IMG/VR virus record: IMGVR_UViG_3300048925_000129
Direction: 5' to 3' (one strand)
From: a virus
DNA: 64,000 bases
The translations under genes were made by a program, and so were the position numbers. Below are positions 28,910-37,276 of this stretch, piece after piece; positions within the stretch are counted from its first letter, which is position 1; each line of letters opens with the position of its first letter. A model generated the notes under the pieces. It did not search any database. It worked only from the letters and a program-made list of their open reading frames with translations, and was not told the DNA's origin.

Positions 28910-31700
28910 ATCTTTTATTGTGGGTGTGAGCCGACCGAACGGCTCTATCCTGTATCATTACTTTAATCTGTTCTTCGTTGGGTAAGACCTTCAATCCTAG
29001 AAGGCACTTCACATTAATTTCATGTGTGAGAATTATCCCCTATGGGAACACCCGTTGCATATTTGCTTTAAACACGTTATGTCCGTGCTGATAAAATCAG
29101 ATTTTCTTAATAGTCCTGTGCCTCTTACTGCCATTTACTAGAGCTACACTTTTCAGCCGACAAAAATCTACGTATTACACCCCCTCAGAATTTGCCATAA
29201 TTCTTACCTCATGTAATATGTCAGCCTATTACTAAAAACCTGTGCAATCCCGTTGCACTCCTATTTATCCCGTTGAATTCAAAGACCCCGACCTTTACAG
29301 GTGGGAAAACCTTTACTCTTTAGTTTGTTACATTCTGTACTCTGGTAGGTATCCATTCTCTTTAACATTGTCATGCATTAGATTTTCTAATGTATTTCAT
29401 TCACCTACAATTTCAAACAGTAACGACTTTATTAATCCCAATACTCAAACATTAAACCCGTGAGGGCTGATGAGTTAATCTATTTTATAAAGTCCTAAAT
29501 TTCAAAGAATTCTGCTCTCGGTTTTATCCTACGTTTCAGAGTTTTTATAAGTCTTATAACTATTATATAGTAGCCTGACTGCCAGTGACTTATTTATTGT
29601 CTCTCTGTGTTTCTATTGCAAAGTTACAATTAAATTTTAAACCACCAAATAAAATGTAAAAAATTTTTTATTTATTTTTTAAAACCCTGTGTTTATCAGT
29701 GTTCCCGTGGTTTTGATGTTTAAAAACTATTGCTCTGTCGTTTTGACATTGCAAAGATGTGAAATTAAGTAATACCAAACAAATCCCCTGTTTATAGGCA
29801 TTACAGAAGAAAAACCTCTGGAAAAGCCCATGAATAGGGCTATCAATTTTTGAAAAAAGATTTTAAAAAATTTTATCTTTTTTATGTAAGTGACTGAAAA
29901 TCAGTGAGAAAAATTTCATTTATTTTTTTGGTCTTGTGTGTTGTGAGTGTTGAATGTGATTAAAACCCTCAAAAATCGGTAAACTCTTACTGAAATAAAC
30001 AGGCTTATATAATACTATACAATAGAACAAACAAAGAACACACAGAAACAGCCCTAAAATCGTTTATCTTTTTAAAGTAATATAAATACCTTACTAAATA
30101 GATTGAAGGCTTAAAAGAGCTTATTTGATACCTTAAAGCACAAAAAAAGGCTCACATGTTAATGCAAGCCTTAAAGATTTGTTTCAGATAGTGTTTAGCA
30201 GAGATTATATATAGTAAGACTAATAACAGTTAACACAATAAAAGCAAGCCCCAATAAAACTAACTCTGTTTTAGATTCCTGTTTATTATAGACCCATAAG
30301 CCCGTTAATTGATTAAATTCAATGTCACAATATTGTGCATGTGGGAAAACCTCTAATAGTTCGGAATAGCTTTTAAATGATGTCATAATATTTAATTTAA
30401 GATTAATAAACCCTTTTTAGTTAGTACGTATTGGCTGTAGGTTATTTTAGTTATTAAACCCATCTTTGTTAATGTGTATATTTCTGAGCTGTTTAAGTAT
30501 TCATTGTTAACCAGCTTTGTTAATGATGCCTTCATAAGGTGTAGTAGTTTGTTTAGTTGTTTCTTAATGGTGCAAAGATAAGGCATTTAGAATGTAAACC
30601 AGCATAAACCAGTATATTTTTTTATCAATCTGCCATTTGTAATTGATAAGTTATTGATTATCAGTGAGTTAATATATAAAATATTAGATGTGTGGCTTTA
30701 CAAGGGCAAATTATGAAACTTTCAGTAATTATTGAAAGTTCAATAAGTTTTAGAACTCCAACCCCCTTACAAAGGACACACCCCACTTTTCACCACCATT
30801 TAACCCAATTAAAAATAATAATTACATTATTCGTAACGAAAGTGAATAAAAACCTGTAGACTAAAGATAAAACCCCGTGAAAAAGTTAGCCTCAACAATT
30901 TATTTTGCAATAAAATAATAGTTTTGTTGTGAATAATGCAATGAATTAAATGAATTAAACAGGCTTTAAACCCTGTAAAACAGGGGTCAAGCCGAGCCCG
31001 ACCCGTGCCCGTGATGTGGTTTGATGTGTTGGTGTGTTTGTATGCCTTTGGTTTTTGGTCAGTATGATTGAACCGATTTTCTTATGTGTGAAGCTTATAA
31101 GCATTTAGAATGACATGACCAAACTATTTAACCATAAATTTAAAACTTTAACACTGTTCTATTTAGTTTCAGAGAGATAAGCCCCCGATTTAAACACATA
31201 CTGACAAATTAAAGTGTTAAAAACATATCTCACAGGCTCAAATAAAGCCTCAATTATTTATTATGTATTATGTATCCACCCAATAAGAGTTAAGCAATTT
31301 AAAGGCAATTTGGAATACACAATAGCAATTTAGTTAAAATTTGTTAAAATCAATTTGCAATTAAAATTATTATTCAGACTAAATATAAATAAGTCATCAC
31401 ATTTGTTTTTGTCAGAATGTCGAAATGGACTTTTCAGAATATCACATTGTCACCTCTCACGGCTGCCCCTGAGAAGAGATAAAACCAGAAAACCAGAAAA
31501 ATAAAAACTCAGAAAATTAACTTTATTTAGACTGGATAAAAATCCCTGACAAAAGGTCAGTTCCTTTCATGGGGGTGTGCCAAAAAGTCTCGATTGGGTG
31601 GGGGTATGTTTTCTATATGGGTAACCGATCTACACATATAATGGAGTTTTACCAATTACTACTGAGGTATCACCAAAAAAGAAACCCCTTTGATGGGAGG
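28910..31700. other. gene-poor region, candidate genome terminus/origin with early promoters
   Basis: About 2.8 kb with only two tiny ORFs, several TAnnTTTG promoters and short repeats. Confidence 0.5.
30195..30386 (-). CDS. small membrane protein
   Basis: C-terminal TM. Confidence 0.45.
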   Translation of the reverse strand: MTSFKSYSELLEVFPHAQYCDIEFNQLTGLWVYNKQESKTELVLLGLAFIVLTVISLTIYNLC

Positions 31701-31709
31701 GGTATGTTA

Positions 31710-33629
31710 TTATTCGAATAACCAGTCTGGCAGGATCACTCCTCCCTGCTGGTAGTTTTTCTTCAGTACAATGTTTGGAAAGTTGGCTCTTTTTCTGATA
31801 CTCTTAAACTTGTCACTCTCCTCCTGCATTAGCTTAGGTCTGTCAAATCCTAACTCATCTAGCTGAGGATATAGCTCTCCTAACATTTCATCCATCTTCT
31901 CCTGGCTACCAAAGAAAGGGTACTGCTTTGCTTCATTTGTGCTCATTCCATTCATAGGGATAAACCCGTCTTGATAGGCTTCAAATTTTTTACCTTCCTG
32001 GGCTTTCTTTAAAACGTTCTGGAAAGAGTCCCAACTTAAGGAACCATCTTCTCTAATTCTCCCTCCAACTGGAATAAATTTATCTAAAGCATAATAGGCT
32101 TTTCCTGCCTTAACTTTTGATGAAGGCATGTTAGCATAGAAATTATAGAAATCTTCTCCATCTTCTTGATACTTCTTAAGTCTAATCTCTTCTGTATTTA
32201 GATATTCTGCTTCATCTATTGGGTCCCACTCTGGTACGTTTTGGTACACCGAAATCTCATCTGGACTCTCAGCCATTCTTCTCATCTTTAATCCATTACC
32301 CATTTCAACCTCTACACCATTAGGTTTTCCCATTCTTTTATATCCTGTTAGCCAATCTCTTTGATATCTGTTTACATTTGGTCCTAGGATGTCTACATCT
32401 TTGTTGGATAGATAAACATTGTCAGCTCCAGATAGAAGATCCTCAACAGGAGTAAAGTTACTTGACTGGTTTCTGGCTTCGATAAGCATCTCTGGAGTAT
32501 TGTTCCCTGTATAGGTTGCTCCTTTACTGAAAGAAGCTGGACCAAAGTCTGACCCTTTAACAAGACCCATAGATTCATCTAGAGCCCCTACTGCATCTCC
32601 TTCGAGCTGTCTATAGAAAGCATCTGATTTAGGTCTGAAAGCAAATGGATTGTATTTATAAGCATTGGGAAGTTTAGCTTCTCCAAACTTATCAATGACG
32701 ACCATTGCTTCGGCCTCTGTTGGAATCTTACTAAGAACTCTACCTGCTGCTCCAGTAATCTTTCCAGCATTCTCAGCTATACCAAGACCTGCATAAGTTA
32801 GTGGGTCAGTTAATATGTCTTCAGCTAAAGTGGCGTTGTTTTTTCTACCAGCTATGGCATCCTCAAATTGATAGTCGTTCATGTAAGCTGACTGGACAAC
32901 CTTTGCTGGAACTGCAAGAGGTGCAAGTACTCCAAGTTTATCTGCTACCTTTCTTGTTCCTCCATAATTACCATACTGGATATCATATATTAGTTTATTT
33001 CTCTCACTACTAGTAAGGTTTGGATCTTGGTTTATACTTTTAATAAGCTGCTGGTCTCCTCCTCCAAATTGATCAGACATAGTTGTATAAAGCCCTCTTC
33101 TAAAGTCTGCCCAGTACCCAGGTTCTACCCCTGAGTTTCCTGAATCCATAATGAAGTCTCTTACTTCATTTGGTAGCATTTTATTTATCCTATTAAAGTA
33201 GGCTCCCCTTTCCTCATCACTTTGTCTTGGATTATTTTTCAGATATTGATTAACCAGTTGCTGCTGCATCTCATTATCATAGTTTTGCTTATAAGAAGGA
33301 TTAACTTCCCAGAACTTATCCATACTCTGACCAAGACCTTTAGCTATTGAACCAGTCATCTCATCATCAAAGTATGGCTTCATATAATTCTCAAAACTAT
33401 TTTGTTGAGTAAGCTGCTGGTACTGTTTAAGAATATCGTGAGCTCCTTCTTGTGGATAGAAATTACCTCTTTCATCTTCTCCATAAAGAAGACCTTCTGC
33501 ATAGTAATCCTGATAGTCTGAAGAATCTGTGGCCAGAGTCTCACCTGTGCTTAGCTGCACGTATGTTTTTCCGTCCTCCCCTTGATATTGTTTTAAGACC
33601 CTGATTCCAGGTCCCTGAAATGTTGCCAT
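31710..33629 (-). CDS. large hypothetical protein, possibly virion-associated
   Basis: 639 aa, own promoter, C-terminal YQQGG. Confidence 0.6.
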   Translation of the reverse strand: MATFQGPGIRVLKQYQGEDGKTYVQLSTGETLATDSSDYQDYYAEGLLYGEDERGNFYPQEGAHDILKQYQQLTQQNSFENYMKPYFDDEMTGSIAKGLGQSMDKFWEVNPSYKQNYDNEMQQQLVNQYLKNNPRQSDEERGAYFNRINKMLPNEVRDFIMDSGNSGVEPGYWADFRRGLYTTMSDQFGGGDQQLIKSINQDPNLTSSERNKLIYDIQYGNYGGTRKVADKLGVLAPLAVPAKVVQSAYMNDYQFEDAIAGRKNNATLAEDILTDPLTYAGLGIAENAGKITGAAGRVLSKIPTEAEAMVVIDKFGEAKLPNAYKYNPFAFRPKSDAFYRQLEGDAVGALDESMGLVKGSDFGPASFSKGATYTGNNTPEMLIEARNQSSNFTPVEDLLSGADNVYLSNKDVDILGPNVNRYQRDWLTGYKRMGKPNGVEVEMGNGLKMRRMAESPDEISVYQNVPEWDPIDEAEYLNTEEIRLKKYQEDGEDFYNFYANMPSSKVKAGKAYYALDKFIPVGGRIREDGSLSWDSFQNVLKKAQEGKKFEAYQDGFIPMNGMSTNEAKQYPFFGSQEKMDEMLGELYPQLDELGFDRPKLMQEESDKFKSIRKRANFPNIVLKKNYQQGGVILPDWLFE

Positions 33630-33689
33630 GTATTATTGATTTTTATTTCACAAAGATAAGAAATTATTTTGTATTGTGCAAGTATATAA

Positions 33690-33723
33690 TAAAAAATCCT
33701 ACCCAATTCATTTTAGGTAGGAT
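33690..33723 (-). terminator. terminator ending the tRNA region
   Basis: atcctacc/ggtaggat hairpin plus T6. Confidence 0.7.
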
Positions 33724-33881
33724 CATATAGTTAATTATGAATTTAAAGGGAATCAATTTCCCTGAGTTGAGATTTCATTTTAGCTCTAAATTTTTCTTTA
33801 TGGAAAGGAGCCCAAATACCTTTGTGAGGCTTACATAGTTTGCAGCCACAACCTTTCTTTCGTTTTCTTTTATTATGTCTG

Positions 33882-34340
33882 TTAGGTCCCAATAGGTTTT
33901 GATATTATTTTATATGCTATTTCAACTAGGTCCATGTTATGAACCATTGTTACAACATCTTGTCTTCCAGGTCTGGTATATTTTTTATACAAAGCTTTAA
34001 AAGATCTATCAACTTGAATGTTGGAGACTTTCTCTTGAATCAGCCTTTGTAAGTCTTCTTTTTTAACTAGAAGCCATTTATTTTTAGTTTCAAATGCAAA
34101 AGCATCTGCCTTACCATAAGCCCATCCCGTGTTCCCTCTTACATTTTTAAGCTCAATAAAATTAAAGAGATTTGTAGGTTGATCATCGGATCTATTTATC
34201 CTCTTCATAGCTTTAACATCAAATTTTAAACCTTGGACCTCTACATCCCAATGCTCAAACATGTCTTGCTCTCTTGTTGGATAAACTATATTGCACCCTT
34301 TAAATAAACTAGCAAACTCTTTTTCCTTTTCTACTGACAT
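33882..34340 (-). CDS. PD-(D/E)XK-like nuclease family protein
   Basis: HWDV..FDVKA, IELKN..G..GW. Confidence 0.55.
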   Translation of the reverse strand: MSVEKEKEFASLFKGCNIVYPTREQDMFEHWDVEVQGLKFDVKAMKRINRSDDQPTNLFNFIELKNVRGNTGWAYGKADAFAFETKNKWLLVKKEDLQRLIQEKVSNIQVDRSFKALYKKYTRPGRQDVVTMVHNMDLVEIAYKIISKPIGT

Positions 34341-34357
34341 CTCTTATTTATTTTTAG

Positions 34358-34432
34358 TGGTCTAGGTGGGGATTGAACCCACGTCCTTCTGTTTATGAGA
34401 CAGTTGCTTCGAACCAACCGAGCTCCTAGACC
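34358..34432 (-). tRNA. tRNA-Met or Ile2 (CAT)
   Basis: Cloverleaf, loop CT-CAT-AA. Confidence 0.88.
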
Positions 34433-34468
34433 TTTTAACCAGGATTAGCTAAGGAATCTTTTCTTATG

Positions 34469-34540
34469 AACCCCCACCAGGAATCGAACCTGAATCGTCT
34501 GTTTAGAAGACAGATGCTCTATCCGTTGAGCTATGAGGGC
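34469..34540 (-). tRNA. tRNA-Arg (TCT)
   Basis: Cloverleaf, loop CT-TCT-AA. Confidence 0.9.
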
Positions 34541-34751
34541 AAGTTTCGGTTGTTATGCAAAGACAACCTGTAGTTTAGCTGGTTTAATCAAGAAAAACCA
34601 ATTACTCATCTCGGAGGTTTAAAAACTTCACTGTTTTAAAGATGGGGAGAGGTCGTGACTACCAAACCTTATTCCATTCTTACTACCTACATACCTCAGG
34701 GCAGTTAAGAGAAAGTGATTTAACGTTACACTTATACACGGCTCTGCATTG

Positions 34752-34823
34752 TCCCGATACTAGGAATCGAACCTAGATTTCAACTTTATGAGAGTTGTGT
34801 AATAGCCACTATACCATATCGGA
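34752..34823 (-). tRNA. tRNA-Met (CAT), atypical body
   Basis: Cloverleaf, loop CT-CAT-AA. Confidence 0.85.
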
Positions 34824-35014
34824 AGTTGAGGGCGTTAAGTTAATCAGACTAATACCCTCTTTTAATTTCTTGCTTCCATTTTTTAGGGAAAAGGAAGCAC
34901 CCTGCAACCAAACCTAAGTTTTTTGAACACAAAAACTCATAAAGTACCTCGTATGCCCAGTGTTATTTAACCTTACACACCTCACTCCAAGGCTGAACTA
35001 TTTCAAGGGATTTG

Positions 35015-35087
35015 TAGCTCCACCAGGACTCGAACCTGGATCTTCAGCTTATGAGACTGACGAGGTAACCTATTTCTCCATGTAGCA
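35015..35087 (-). tRNA. tRNA-Met (CAT), initiator-like
   Basis: Cloverleaf, 1:72 mismatch. Confidence 0.85.
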
Positions 35088-35093
35088 ATATTA

Positions 35094-35174
35094 GAGCAGA
35101 GTTGTGGAATCGAACCACTAGTCTAGACTACCTTACTCTTCACGACTAAGACCCTGCCTTCGGGTGACTCTGCT
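35094..35174 (-). ncRNA. tRNA-like RNA with acceptor and T arm only
   Basis: AGCAGAGT/ACTCTGCT stem, GTGGTTCGATTCCAC. Confidence 0.55.
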
Positions 35175-35185
35175 TATAAAAACTA

Positions 35186-35434
35186 CTACTCTATAAGAGC
35201 AGTAGTTGTATTGTTTTCTTTAATAATTTTTAATGACCCTTTAAACTGGAGGCTGCCTTTAGTATGACTACTGTCAGGGGTCTCCTTTGTTGTGAAGCCG
35301 ACTCTGGAATCTAGATGATCCACATAGTAAGTTTCACCTTTACACTTCACTACCCAGGCAGGAATGCTCTGGTCCTCGTTGTGTTTCTTATTGAAGTGGA
35401 ATACTATTCTGGAGCTATTACAAATTGTCTCCAT
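35186..35434 (-). CDS. hypothetical protein
   Basis: FHFNK..W.VK..G..Y.V.H. Confidence 0.65.
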   Translation of the reverse strand: METICNSSRIVFHFNKKHNEDQSIPAWVVKCKGETYYVDHLDSRVGFTTKETPDSSHTKGSLQFKGSLKIIKENNTTTALIE

Positions 35435-35684
35435 ACTTCTCTACAAGTTTAGTCACATAAGATTCAGAAATTTCCTTTCTCTTTGTTGTTTGTCTCTCCT
35501 TTCCTTTCAGAACCGAGTAAGCCTGGAAGAGATGTCTAAGCTCATACCTGTTAGTTTCTCTTTCCGAAACTGGATTTGTAGATGTTCTTTCTCCTGTAAA
35601 GGATTGTTTAATCTGAGGCTTAAGAGTTTTCTGTGCCTCTGATAATGTTTTTATTGCTTGTCTGATTGTTTCAAATTTTTTCAT
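35418..35684 (-). CDS. hypothetical protein co-transcribed with Pth2-like gene
   Basis: LRHLFQAYSVLKGK. Confidence 0.65.
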   Translation of the reverse strand: MKKFETIRQAIKTLSEAQKTLKPQIKQSFTGERTSTNPVSERETNRYELRHLFQAYSVLKGKERQTTKRKEISESYVTKLVEKYGDNL

Positions 35685-35691
35685 GATAATT

Positions 35692-36042
35692 TTAATTTAA
35701 TGTTAGATTAAGATTTTTAAATAAAGACTTGTGTTGAGATCTTGAGATTGCTTCGATGGCTACTGCCGTCATTTGGTTTCCTATGTCAGGTTCCAGGAAC
35801 TTATGATACTTGATTTCCAAGTCATCCAGTTTATGGAGTATCCTTTCAATTTTGGATTCCGAAGCTTCAAGACAACACAGGTAGTTACTACCCATCTGCC
35901 ACTGCTTAAATTCATCGTTAAACTTGACTGCAAAATCAGCCAATGCATGTGCACTTTGCACAACTTTGTAACCTGGAGTTAAATCATCTCTGGTGATGAT
36001 TGTCATAAACTCGTTACCTGTCTAAATACCTGTCTTTGTCAT
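35692..36042 (-). CDS. Pth2-like peptidyl-tRNA hydrolase, probable in-frame UAG at codon 7
   Basis: TRDDL.PG..VQSAHA, FLEPDIGNQMTAVA; upstream in-frame ATG 36042, TAG 36022-36024. Confidence 0.75.
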
Positions 36043-36061
36043 AATATAAAACTTTTGGTTG

Positions 36062-36134
36062 TTCTTTCAACGGGATTCGAACCCGTGACACACAGTTTTA
36101 GAGACTGCTGTTCTAACCACTGAACTATGAAAGA
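36062..36134 (-). tRNA. amber suppressor tRNA (CTA)
   Basis: Cloverleaf, anticodon arm GCAGT-CT-CTA-AA-ACTGT. Confidence 0.88.
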
Positions 36135-36138
36135 ATAT

Positions 36139-36203
36139 TGCTTCGTATAAGGACTCGAACCTCACCTGCTAACTGCCGTGCTCCCAATTACACCATCACG
36201 AAA
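36139..36203 (-). ncRNA. tRNA-like RNA with collapsed anticodon arm
   Basis: D arm TGGTGTAATTGGGAGCAC, T arm GAGGTTCGAGTCCTT, 14 nt between them. Confidence 0.6.
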
Positions 36204-36296
36204 AACTTATCTCTCCCACACGGCAATGCAGTTAAAATAAGATTGATATAAGTTAAGGAGGCTTGCCGACCAACCTTATTTGCCATCAATTTTTTG

Positions 36297-36368
36297 TAGT
36301 CCATAGGGGAGTCGAACCCCTCTTCTTAGATCGAAAATCTAATGTCCTAACCGATAGACGAATGGACC
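36297..36368 (-). tRNA. tRNA-Glu (TTC)
   Basis: Cloverleaf, TTAGA-TT-TTC-GA-TCTAA. Confidence 0.9.
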
Positions 36369-36374
36369 AAGTAC

Positions 36375-37194
36375 AAGCTACAGGTCTTGTTAGTTAATAT
36401 TCCACACCGAGTGCCTCAACCAAGGCTTTGGGAATCGAACCCTCTTCGTCTTTTTTCCAAATAAAAATGTTTTAAACTTTGTATTTGCTGTGTGTAGCTT
36501 TATCAAATTACCGTTTGATGTTAAAATTCCAATTTTTAGCTTTGTTTAATTTGCTGTAGGTAATTTTGTCAGATTGCATACTAAACGTGTGTTTGATTAA
36601 AATTCAAGTGTTTGTTTAATTTGCTGTTAGCAATCTTTTCAGAATAGTATGTTTGAGGATTTGAACCCCTTGAACTGTTTATGAGACAATTGTTTTAACC
36701 AAATTTTTTAGATTTGCTGTAACTATTCTTATCAAGTTTCTATTGTTTTTGGACTATTGCTCTACCAACTGAGCTACTGAAATCCTAAGACTCCAGAAGG
36801 GACTCGAACCCTTGACCCACAGTGTTACATTCCTAAATTTGCTGTTAGAAACTTTATCAAAACTCATTTTTTGTTTTATACGTTGTACTAACCACTATAC
36901 TATCTCCCAAATTTTTCTAGATTAACTTTGTTGGGAGAGGAGGAGTCGAACCTCCGTCTACGGCTCTGAATGCATAACTTTGTATTTGCTGTATGAGTTT
37001 TTATATATTCAGGTTACTTGGGGACGATAAAAGGTCCCGTTAAGTTAAGATTTAAGTCATTCTAGGACTTTCCTATACAATTTTACTTCTCACATACAGG
37101 ACCCGAAGTGTAGAGATGTCTGTGCTTTTGCATTCTACAGTTTCCGTTATTTGAATCAATTATAGTTGTGTGTTGTATTTGCTGATAGTAACCT
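36375..37194 (-). ncRNA. array of 7 Y-RNA-like (ACAGCAAA-stem) RNAs
   Basis: Units 36375-36500, 36505-36566, 36571-36636, 36641-36729, 36734-36854, 36859-37001, 37011-37194, each with own 7-9 bp terminal stem and conserved motif. Confidence 0.8.
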
Positions 37195-37206
37195 TATAAT
37201 AACACT

Positions 37207-37265
37207 GCAAAGATATGAAAACTTTTTGAGATATGCAAATCTTGCAGTGTTAAATTTATGTTAAA
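37207..37265 (-). promoter_or_regulatory. promoter for the RNA array
   Basis: TTTGCATAT..TATCTTTGC, TTTAACA x2. Confidence 0.8.
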
Positions 37266-37276
37266 GGATTTTCACC

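Noticed and set aside
33743-33892. 49 aa basic CxCxxC ORF
   Set aside because: Needs a TTG start and has no other support; left uncalled
36375-37194. CRISPR array
   Set aside because: Shared motif is only about 9 nt, unit lengths range 62-184 nt, and no cas genes are present
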